From assembly GCF_001447785.1 (NCBI RefSeq), contig NW_015173138.1:546176-610175 (forward strand): a stretch of DNA of 64,000 nt. The letters run 5' to 3'. Shown here piece by piece: positions 13,301 to 25,300 of this stretch (its first letter is position 1; each line of letters begins with the position of its first letter). Under the pieces are notes generated by a model. The model saw nothing but the letters and a program-made list of their open reading frames with translations. It did no database searches and was not told the origin of the DNA. The DNA comes from Gekko japonicus (lineage: Eukaryota). Made by a program: the position numbers and the translations under genes.

Positions 13301-16300
13301 GAAATTATCTTGTCTCCTAGTTCATTGAATTGCTTTAAGAGATTTGTTTAGCTACCTGATTTCACAAGCAAAGATTTCTGACTTGCTGTATATATAACAT
13401 GGCTCACTCGAAGAAGGTGAGCGCAGGATGAAAGGCTACCCATTCAGGGGGCCAGGAGTTTATATGGGTAGATTCTAGCTGGTAGAGATCGAGGGCCCTT
13501 TGTAGGGAGGTGTTTATGTTGTGGTCACATTTCTCCCCTCATTTAGTTTAATTTAGGGTGCTGGAGATGTTAGGTTATAGGGTTGCCAACAGGCCTGGTT
13601 AAAAATATCTGTTGCAGGAACAGCAAATAAAAGATGTATTATGAAACCTTCATAGCTCCCAGTGAAAAAATATCTTCCACTGTAGCCATGCCAGGGTGGC
13701 TCATGGGTTGTGGAAACTGGAATCTGTATCTGACCCCTATTTAGAAGTGTTCCTTGTCTTTCAGAAACATTTTATAGCCCTAGAAGAAACTTTAATACCT
13801 AGCTCTCTTTATTTTCCTAACATCAAATTAAATTAAATCCAATTGCCTTGACTAGCACATCCCACCTGTGAAGGAAATCATTTTCAATGCCAGAGTGATG
13901 GAGAGTGCATCCCTCAATCATGGGTATGTGATGACGAAGAAGACTGTGAAGATGGTTCAGATGAACATCAACAATGCCGTAAGTTATAAACTGCCGCTGG
14001 GAAAAAAAAAACCCATCAGTTGAACTGTTCTTAGTTGGATATCCTTGTCATTTAGATTCACTGGTTCGGTTCAGACAGCACACCAAATCACGGTTTGTGC
14101 AAAGCGTAACTCAGAACCCAGACCATAGTTTGAGCTTCTAACAGTGCAGTCGTAAGCAGAATTACACTTTTCTAAGTCAGTTCACTTCAGTAGACTTAGA
14201 AGGGTGTATCTCCGTTTAGGATTGCACTGTAAATTACAGCAGGAAAACGTAAGGGTTATAACTACTCGTCTTTTCTTCTTTTCTATCCTCCAGCATTCCC
14301 AGCTGTTTAATATGTTCACTTCTGTCTCTCTAGTACAGCAGCATCTGGAAGCAAAGTGATGGCTGTACCTCTCTTTTTTCAATTGATGATCACCCCAAAC
14401 TGTGATCTGCTAACCCACATAGGATGCGTTCAGATTTCATGAACAAACAATGGTTTGTCTGTAAGGAGAATGAACTGGGAAGTCCTCAGACTTGAGCACT
14501 ACCCCCTTCTTCCCGAAGGAGTGCTGAAGACTTCCTGGTTTAAAACTAGCTGTAATTTGTTGTAATGTCTGAGTCAAATGCTTCAACATATTTCAGAATG
14601 TTTTTGTAAACCAGAATTCTAAACTGTTGTTTAATCCTGGTTTAAAATGCTGGCTTGTAGGCAAGAAGCTAACCACAGATTGTTTAAATAGCTAATTTGG
14701 ATGTTGCAACAAGCTGTGGTTCATTCCAACTAGGAAGTCTTCAATCTCCGTACACTGCAGGAAAAAACAAAGGAGGGATCCCGCATGCAAGCCTAATGAC
14801 TTACTGAGTAATTCTTGTCACAAACTATGATTCGTTCAAGACAACTGAATGCAAGCGTAGTTTCTGATTTTGGTTTATGGGTCAGTTTGTCAATTCAGGC
14901 ATAACACTTAACACATAACACTTAACACTTAACCAGGAAGGTGTCTTAAACATGGGTTGGTATGATGTCTGAATTAACCCATTGAACTTTCCCATCTAGC
15001 TCTGGGTTGATGTTTGTTGAAACGTTGACTACTGTACCTACCTGGTGTATTGGTTTTAAGTGCATGGACTCTAATCTGGGAAAACCAGGTTTGATTCCCC
15101 ACTCTCCACTTGCAGCTGCTGGATGACCTTGGGCAAGCCATAGTTCTGTCCGAGTTGTTCTTGAAAGAGAAGTTCTCTCAGAGCTCTCTCAGCCCCACCT
15201 ACCTCACAGTGTGTCTGTTGTGGGGAGGGGAAGGGAAATGAGTTTGTAAGCTGCTCTGAGACTCCAAGTGAAGGGCGGGGTATAAATCCAATCTCCTCCT
15301 CCTCCTCCTTCAAAATTCATTTACATAACCCTATTCCATTTTGTTATCCTTTGTAAACTGTGCTTCTACTTAGCTCAGCATTTGAATGTGGAAACATTTT
15401 GGTTGTCCTGTACTGTAAGTAAGTATAAAAACAGGCATACATTTTTAGGAGAAATCTTTTCAATCTGAAATAAGGAACAAAATGATTATTTTTGCAATTT
15501 GAAACTATTAATTTTGTCAATTGGGCTTGTGGTTAGCCATTTCACTGGTCATTTGTGAATGGTAAAAATTACTGCTTGCTTACCTGTGGTGATTAGGTGA
15601 GGCCTCTCTGCTGTGGAGTGAGAGAGCTATATACATTTCTCTCCCTTGTAATCTAAGAAGCTGTAGGCTTCCTGTAGAGACTTGATGTGGGTAACTTCTT
15701 ATAGCCTAGCCCACCTGTGGACTTAGGTTTACTGGATCTGGGGAAATCCCATCTTTTCGTTTGAGTCAAGGATGGCATCATGGCATATTTGGGTACTCCT
15801 CTTCCTGTCATCCTAGTAGGTAGGAACTAGATTGCTCTTTCTACCCCCGATGGAGAGAGGAGTGCTCACCCTCTTCAGTTCTTTTCCCGCCTCCTCAGAG
15901 CGAGTGCACGGAATCTTTGAACTCCATGGGACACCAGTTCTCACAGAGCGGCTCGATTGCAAGATCTTTCTCTTCTGTATACCTAAACTTCCACGTGAAA
16001 AGTTATTTGTCTTCCCCTCCATCCAGGCTTTACAGGAAAAAGGGGGTGGAGCTGCTCCTATTGTCAGTCTTTCTTTCCTTTCCTCCCCCCGCCCTTTCTG
16101 AGCAGATCGTTATGTCTTCAGTTGACTCAGCCGCAGCAGCATCTTCAGAAGGAGAGCTGGGGGTGATCCTACTGGGCAAACATAGCAGCAGAGCCCTGCA
16201 TACCTGCTTGCTGCAACCCTACAATGCGCTAGAGTTCCAGGGCAGAGCCGTAAACCAAGAAGTTTTGCAAACCGTAAGGGAGACGAAGAGCAAATTGGCG

Positions 16301-19300
16301 CAAAAACTCCCTGTAGAGGGCAGCATGGAAGGCCTAACTCCCTAGAGCAGGCCTCTCTGTCCAGAGAAGAAATGCTTGGAGGGGTGAGTGAGTGGGAAGC
16401 TGTAACCTGGATTCCGGCAAAAGGTTATCAAGCAGCAAACCAACCAGAGATTATTAGTGTTCCCCACTCCTTCCAATCTTGACTGGAGGAATTTGTTATC
16501 ACTCATTTGTTATCACTCAGATGGGGGGGGGGGACAGGGACGACAACCCTTCAGTAAGCCCAAGCAGACCTCCAGAAAGAGGCACAATGAGGCTAGTAAG
16601 CAAGCTCTCTGCCCCCCTCCTCACTGTCACCCTAAAAGGTGTGCTACTCAGGCTGCAGGAATACCAGACACTAGCAAACCCCTGCCTGATCAACCAAGGG
16701 ACATCATTCACAGATCCTTACCTCTCCAATAACGAATATGATACAGAGGATGAGGAATTTTCAGAGGATGAACCTCCTTAACAAAGCCAGCAGTCTAAAA
16801 GACTGTAAACACAGGAAGAATTACCTCCCCTACTCTACAAGGCCCTTAAAATTCTTCATCTTTCTCCCCCCAGAGTACAACAACCTGAGGACATGGTGGA
16901 GAAGGATGGGGCCCTGAAGACTTGTCTAGCCCCAGTGAACTGGGATGTGCCTTTCCTTTCCCCAGGTTTTTAAACAGGAAGCTGAGGAGTGCATATGGGG
17001 CAAGCTAAAAGAATGTATGCCTTCTCCTCTAAAGTATCTAACCTCTTAAAAATTCCAGTCGTTGATGCCTTGGTAGCCAGCTTGGCATCAGGAGCAGCAC
17101 TTCCTAAAGAAGGGGAAGGCAAACTGAAGGATGCCACTGACAGGAGGAGTGAGGCAGTTCTATGCAAATTGCATGAATCCATGGCTCTGTCTATCTCAGC
17201 ACAGCAGTACTTATAGCCAGGGCCACCATTATCTGTCTCTGAAAGTTGCTAAGAGAGTTCCCTGACTTGAACAAGAAGGTCCTAGTCTACTTTCATAGGC
17301 TGGAGAGAGCAGCCGCCTTCATGGCTGATGCCAGCTAGACTCCATGAAATTCTCAGCGAGGGCTGTGGCGTCTAATGTGGCAGTGCGTAGGGACCTCTGG
17401 CTGAAGTCCTGGGCAGTGGATATATGCTCTAAATTGAATGTGACCACATGTCCATGATAAAGTCCATGATAAAGGACAAAAACGGTAGGGATGGGGACAG
17501 CCTGGATGACATCCTCATTGAAACAAAGGACAAGAGAAAGGCTATGCTTTCCCACAAACAAACAAGATGACAAATGCTCCAAGGGCTAGGGAACTCAGGC
17601 ATTTCAATCCAATAGAACTCTATCTAGGTTCAGAGCAGACCTCAGAAGAAATGTCTGGAACAAGTCGAGACATTCCTATCACTCCAGTCACTAGCTCATA
17701 TCTGCTGGACAGTCAACTGGAATCAGCAAGAACACAAAGCAACAACATCAACGATCCTTACACCAGGAGAGTCCCAGTGGCAACCTGAGTGAGGTCTACC
17801 TTCAACAGATGGGTGAAAGAAACAATCTCAAATGGCTGCCTCATAGAGTGTTCTGCTCCTCCATCCAATCTCTTCCTGAACTCCCTAGTCTCAAACTGCC
17901 CACTAAAACGACAACGTACTCTCAACACAATAAAACACTTTCTGGACATAGACACAGTAGAGCCAGTCCCATCATCACAAAGGTTCCCAGGAATTTACTC
18001 AATTTTGTTCACAGTTCACAATGGAGACTGTAGAGCAGCTTTGGGTCTAAAATTCTTGAACAAATTTGTGAGGTAGCATATCACCCAGTATTGCAGGGCA
18101 AAAAGGTTTCTAGAGTGACTCTTAGCAGGTGGCTGAAAGAGTGCATATCAATAGCCTACTCTTCTCAAGGTCTTGTTCTGCCTGAAGGAATCATGGCATA
18201 TTCTACAGAAGTGCATCTACCATGGCAGCCTTCCATACAAATGCCACCGTGGAAGACATATGCAAAGCAGAGACTTGGGCATCCAAGTCAACATTTGTCA
18301 GGCATTACAAAATGGACACTATGGCAGCAGCAGATGCATCCTTCGGCCAAAGGGTGCTGCAGCAGGTGGTGTAGACAGGCCTGTGTTTTGTGTGTTGGAA
18401 CCCTCCCAGGATGTTCCCTTTGTCTCAAACAAAAACAGAACATTGGACTTACCATGAAGGTTCCTTTTGTTTGAGAATGAGAACATCCTGGAGACCTACC
18501 CAATCTTTTTTGGATTTCTTTGCCTCCAGTGGAGGGGGAACCATCTGCCAATGGGGAAGTTAGTTTGTGAAACTATATTTTTCTCTCTCTTTTTCCTACG
18601 GTTTTTGCTTCTTCCTGTTAAGGTTTAAGTTGTTTCAGAAGGGTGGGATGGCCACTCAAGGCACATGGAGTAGTATCTTTTGGAGATGTGGAAGCCTCTG
18701 AACTGAAGAGGGCAGGCACTCCCTTCCCCATTGGGGTGGAAAGAGCCATCTAGCTCCTGTCTCCTAGGATGATGGGAAGAGGAATACCCAAATGTGTCAG
18801 GATGTCCTCCTTGCTCTCAAACAAAAGGAACCTTCACATTAAGTCCAATGTTCTATCTTATATTTCCTTTCAATGAAATCGGAATAATAAAAAGAGGAGA
18901 TTGGATTTATACCCCAGTCTTCACTACCTGAAGGAGTCTCAGAGCGGCTTACAGTCTCCTTTCTCTTCCTCTCCCCATAACAGACACCCTGGCCGAGTTC
19001 AGACTGGCAGTTTGCCCCGATATAGGCACGTTACAGAAACATTCCACAACCGGATTAAAGGGGCCATTCACACAGGCACGTCTTCCAAGCGTTCCCCACC
19101 CGTACTCAACCCGTCTTGTAATGCTTTGCTCCCTGGTGAAAGTGGTAGCAAACCCTGGAAAGCGTGATTATCCCACATCCATCCTGCACCAACAAAGGGG
19201 GAAGCCAAAACCCGCATTTTTCTTATGCGCTCATGCGCATAAGTGTGTATCTCCAGATTACAAAAAAAGAAAGCCGCGCCTTACAGTTGTGCCTCCAGGC

Positions 19301-22300
19301 CAATAGTGTGAACGCTCCCTTGCGCCTCCTTCCGGTATGCTCCTGCATCAGTCGCTGCAGTGTGAATGGACGACTGTGTTGATGCAGAAATTTGTGTGCC
19401 TTTTCAACAGAGTCAATTTTTTCTTTCTTGTCCATGAATTTGAAGATTGTGCCTTCGGGAACCATCCATCTGTAGGAGATGTTGTTCTTTTGTAAAAATA
19501 TCACCAAGTCTCTATATTTCCTTCTCTTCCTTCTTATTTCAAACGGGATGTCCTTTAACACTTTTATTTCTTTGTGTGATTTTCAAGGTAGACCCATTTG
19601 TCGCTTTGAGAATTTGATCTCTCACTTGTTTTCTCGAGAATCTTATGATCACTTCCCCAGGCAGATTATTTTTCCTTGTAAATTCAGAATACGACCTATA
19701 GATCATATCTATTTCGCTTTGTAGTATATCCATTTTTATATCTGTTTCAGATTCTCAGTCTTTTCTTCTGGAACACCTTGAAATCTTAAGACATAGCTTA
19801 CTCTCTCCATTTGTAGCTGTAACAGTTGAGACTTCTCCATCAATCACTCTTTTTCCATCGCCTGCAGTTTTTAAAAAAGTTTTTTAGTGTTGGCATCTAC
19901 TTCTTTTACTTCTTGTTCAGTTTTATCTGTTTTTTGGGGCTATTTCAGTCAATTGCATTTGCTGTGCATCGAATTTGGTATGCAATGCCGTGACTTGTTC
20001 CAGCAGAGGTCGCAATGCTTCCATTAGCATCTTTTGCAGCTCTGTAATTGGGCCAGCATCCATTAGCATCTTTTGCAGCTCTGTAATTGGGCCAGCAGTT
20101 CCAGCAAGAAGCTTAGGTTTCACTTGTTTGTCTTTCTCATCCTTCCTCGTGGATGCCGTGTTTGGGGATTGTTTACTTTTTGTTAAAGTTATCACAATCT
20201 CTGATACTCTTTATACAGCTTGGTAAGTTCTTAAATGCTTTTTATTTCAGTCTATCTTACTTCACTAGTCCACCCCCCTTTTCATAATAGCACAAAGTTC
20301 GCTTACCTTTTCTTAGCGGGGGAGAGTCCCCTCCCCCCCTCGCTTTCAAAGGGTAGGTTTTCGACTAGATCTTCGGTGTTTCTCGCTTAAACTCCAACTC
20401 ACATTTTAACGATAGTTCCGCTTTCATTTTCAAATTGCTCGGCCGGCAAACGCTTTTTGGTTCCCATTCGGGACGCTCTGCAGCAGGACCTTCAGGGGAT
20501 GGAGAAAGCCCCCCTTCGCTGGCAGGATCGCTGGAGGAAGAGCCTTGTGGCGTCTCATGGCTGGGAGCCTCACGCTGAGGCTCTGGGGGTGGCGTGGACA
20601 ATCGCGCCCCCTCCTCACCGCGGGCTCTGGCAGTCATCTCCCGGAGCACCGGGAGAAAGCGGCTGCCATGGCGAACGCTAAAACCGGAAGTCAGGGTATG
20701 AGCTTTTGTGAGTTACTGCTCACTTCTAATGAGCAGTGACTCACAAAAGCTCGTACCCTACCACATATTTTGGTAGTCCTTAAGGTGCTACCTGACTCTT
20801 GCTCTTTTCTGCTGCCATAGACAGACTAACACAGCTACCCATCTTGACCTGAACTTTGGGCTTTGTGCAGGTGATAAATTGTCTACTTTGCTAATGGTTT
20901 TATGTGTAGACAAAGCTTAACAATTTCCCGACTTTATAGTATTAATAGAACTTGTTAAGCCAGGTTCTGGTCAGTTACCCATCTTCTGGGAAATCAGCTT
21001 TTCTAGTTACAACGCAAATCAAGCCTTGAACTGTTGACCAGGGATAAGACTTTGAAGTATTCTCCCCCCCCTTATCTCCTGAAGAAAGGAACAAAACCAT
21101 CCTGTCCTTTGTCCTCCTGTGCCCTTTAGTGGTACAGCCAGTAGTTACATTTCTACTAAGTAACCAGTATAGGGCAAAATCCAGTGACATTTCTAACCCA
21201 AGCCTGGACAGAGTCATGTTGAAGAATGTGTGTCAGGTCTACATTTGTGCACATTAACTCAAGAGATTCAGAAAGGGGCTCCGCACCAAAGTCCAAATGT
21301 CATTTGCAGTCCTTGGCATGAATATGTGCTTATTGTTTACGGTGTAGTGACTCAAATAGCACTCCTCACTCGAGCCCGTGTGGTGTCGTGGTTAAAAGCG
21401 GCAGACTCCCAATCAGGAGAAGCAGGTTTTACTTCTCCTCCTCCATGAAGCCTGCTGGGATAACTTAGGCCACTCCCAGTTCTCTCTGAACTTTCTCAGC
21501 CTCACCTACTTCACAAGGTGCCTGTTGTTGGAGGAGGAAAGCGTAGAGAAAAGCACATGAGGGTAGAGAAAAGCAGGGTATAAAAAACCAACTCTTCTTC
21601 TTGTTCTAGAGTGAATGCTATGCCTTTGGCAGACATAGAAAATAACTCCAGTGTGAATCTTCTCATGCATTGACAGGGCTGTGAAAGCCACGCAGAAATA
21701 TGTAGAGAAAGGAGAAGTTAGTAGGGTGGAAATGGCAAAGAGAGCTTTTTAAAAATGCTCCCGTTTCTGAAATTGATTGACATAGGGAAATGTGGTGTTT
21801 GCCCATCTGTCTCATCATTTGCTTTACTGATAGCTGGATTTTTGTTGCCCTGCTGACAAAAGCAGTCCAGGCAGTTGTGAGGCAAAATGTACATCTGTGC
21901 ACATCATCTGACAAAAGATACCGCAAGTTGCATCTTATGACACTAATCAATATGTAGGAAAAGGCAGAGGGGTACAGTTTGCTCTTAAGGTGTGGAGACC
22001 CAGGCTGCAGGTAGATTAAGGCAGATGAAGGATAAATTGTAATGTGTGTTCGTAGGTGCTTCCGGATATAGTGCTTTATGGGTAATGTTACTTAAATGGT
22101 ACCTTCTATAACTTAGAGGTACTTATTTTTGGACTTACATAAAGTCCATACTTAAAGATGCCCTCAGATCAGGGATCATGTTCTGTATGACTGTAATAAT
22201 GAGCCAGCATGTTGAGAGAGTTTAAGCATAAATAAATGCTGACAAGGTATGGCTGAAAGCTACAAATAAAGCTACAAATTAAATGAAGATGAAGATATCC

Positions 22301-25300
22301 GCCTGAGATGACATTTACATTCTCCGTTCCTGGGGACAGTAACAGTGCAATTGTAAGAATGCTTTACTGGGAGGGAGTAAGCTCCATTGTATAGGCCTGG
22401 TAGGATTCTGAGTAGACCTATTTAGGATTGCTTTTTAAGGACAGTTATGGTAGGCTGAATCGTGCCAGTTTCCTTCCTATTGATGGGGACAGGCCTTTTA
22501 CAATGGAAAAGCTACATCACTGGTGGGTGATAGCGATAGCCGTGGCCATCACGTATTATTTGGAGCATTCACATGAGAGATACAAGCATGGAGACTGATC
22601 CTAAAACTTTGCATCATTCAGAGGGAGTCACTTAGGCATCTTTATACATATTGTGCACAGTGGATTTGCGGAACAGCAGCTGATTCTCAACCTGTGTAGA
22701 ATAAAATTACATATTTTATGCAATGAAAGGCAGAGAACAGGTAGGTTAGGAAAAGAAGAACTCCCCTTTTTTTGCCCTCCGTGTATAAATGATGCCATTC
22801 TAAACACTTTTTGTTGTTGCAGCTGGGCGAACATGCTCCAATCGGCAGTTTACGTGTTCCAATGGACAATGTATCCCAAGTGCATACAGATGTGATCGAG
22901 TGAAAGACTGCATAGACGGGACAGACGAGAGAGGCTGCCGTGAGTAGTTTCCAATCTCTAGCACTAGATTTGGTTTCATCCCTTCTCCTGTTGGCATTTT
23001 AATCAATTTGTAAGATTAAGAGGTTTGCTGACGGACAGAAATGGCAACAATATGCTTTTTGTTATCAAAATTTCATTGCAGATTCTTTCTTGGATTAGTA
23101 CCGATGCTCTCATAACAGTTACATTGTTTTGAGACTTTATTAAGTGCGCTTCTGTTTATATAGAAGGGCACGGTTTGTGAGAATCCCTGTCTGTCTTCCG
23201 TCTTTCTTTCAAATGTTAAATAACATGATTGCAGGTCAAGCAGTTTGGAGTAACAAACACTGTTTTTGAGAGGAAGGAACTTGGGTTTGTAAACTTGGGT
23301 TAACTGCCTCTATATTGTAAGTTATGAACATAGAATTGTGGACAAGAAATTCCAGAGAATTCCAGCTAGTAGAAATCATGGAAATCGAACATATTGAGTG
23401 CTTGATTGGGGGTTTGATTGCTAGGTTGTTTCTCTTGCTGTTGGTACAGAAACTGATGTGGGAGGTTTGGGCCTTTCCGAGAATGCTGACGTAACAGGTA
23501 TGTAGGATCTAGAGAGCAGAAACATTGAGCTTTATGAGTAATACCATCATGTGCTATCTGTTGTCAACTGCACACAGGCCTCCTTGAAGTGCTAGGTGAA
23601 TGGTACGGCCCTGTAAGAGAAGGCTGATTAAACAGCATAGAACAGAGGCTGCATTTTTCAAAGGACATTAATTGCACTTTAAAGTTTTTTCTCCTGACAT
23701 TCCGAACAAATTGTTGTGTTGATAGCAAATTGACATTTTGCTGAAACAGGTTGCTTGAAAGAAGGCTGGTGTTCTCTCAGGAAATAGATAAAATATCAAG
23801 ACCTGGATCTGATGATATGGTTCCCCTGGCTCTTCTCTCCTTCTCGGGTGGAGGCTGTCCTCCAAAGCTTGCTTCCTCTGCTGCTAGTACTTGCGCATCC
23901 ACAAGACCGGTGTTTTTCAAGGAGCTCTTGTGTGACCAGAGATGTTAGGGACAGAGGAAGTGAGTTCTGCCATGGAGGAGTGTCTCCTGAGAGGCCATAG
24001 AGAAGCGTGAAGGGAATGATTTCATAGTATCTGAGCCCTAGTCTAGGATAAAAGTATCAGGATCTAGTGCAGACAGATAAAGACCTGTGAGACATATCAA
24101 CATGCTAGTTTTTTGGGGTTTTTTTTAAAAAAAGAATCCCATTTATTATCTTGGCAAAGTACTTCATAAATAAATAGTGGTTAGGGCTTGCCCAAAGTCC
24201 TCGTCATTCTGTCAGCTACAATGGGTAGAATTGGCAGCCTCAAGATTAGTAGCTGTTGGAGTCGATTGATTGATGTTATTTTTAGTCCACCTTTCTCACT
24301 GGAACTCAAGGCAGATGACGTAGTGTAAGTCAAATACAGTGAACAGTGTGGGACAAACCATAAAACAGTGCAAGAGAGCAGAAGTCTGAAACAGAGCTGA
24401 ACCAACCTGAAACAAAGCATAAGCATTTAAACATGACACGTTAAAATGATGCCGAAATTACATAGCTACATGTGGAGGGCTAATCTGGTATCAGCATGTG
24501 GATAGCAAGAGGGCAAGGGAAGTAGCCCTGTTTCTTTAACAAATTCCCGTGAAGTTTCTCTAATACAGCAAGACTGAACGATTTTATTTATGATGCACTT
24601 GAATGTTCTGCAAAAGACTGTTTCAGATGGGCAAGTAGCCTGTGCTTTACATGTGGATTAAAATTTGTGATTTCTGCAGAATGAAATACGACTCAGGGGC
24701 AACAGGTATTCTGGAATAAACAGCAGTGGGGACAGCCAACTTGGAAGTTTTTTTAAATAACACAACTGCCATGAATCTTGAAGTCAGAAGGAGGCACAAA
24801 TGACTTAAAAATATGCTAGTGACCATGGATTGGAATGCTTGGGCTGGAGGGAACAACTTGCGTTGTCGGACTGATCGTATCCATCTTTAGCAATTTTACC
24901 TCCAGCTGCTTCAGATCAATATCTAAGGGCCTCTTTCTTTAAAATTTGCAAGGATATGTCATCCTAGTAAATTGTAACTTCAACAGCTGTCCTTCCTTTT
25001 TCTTGTATGATCTATGCAGTCTACAGGTACCCTTCTAAAACAAAACAGAACTGTAGGATACTATTTCATTGACTTCCTGTTAATTTTAATGGCTTCTCAT
25101 CATTTCAGCTATTTCTGCAGTAACACAATAATGGCCTGATCTGATCGGCAAGGCATGGGGCATATTTGTCTAGCTAAGATTAGATCTCAGAAGCTAAGCA
25201 GGGTTGACCCTGGCTGTTATTTGGATGGGAGACCACCAAGGGATACCAGGGTTGTGACATGGAGGCAGGCAATGGCGAACCACCTCTGAATGTCTCTTGC

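Noticed and set aside
25180-25255. 5S rRNA gene
   Set aside because: Diverged, incomplete and fused to an RTE-like SINE body; it is a SINE head.
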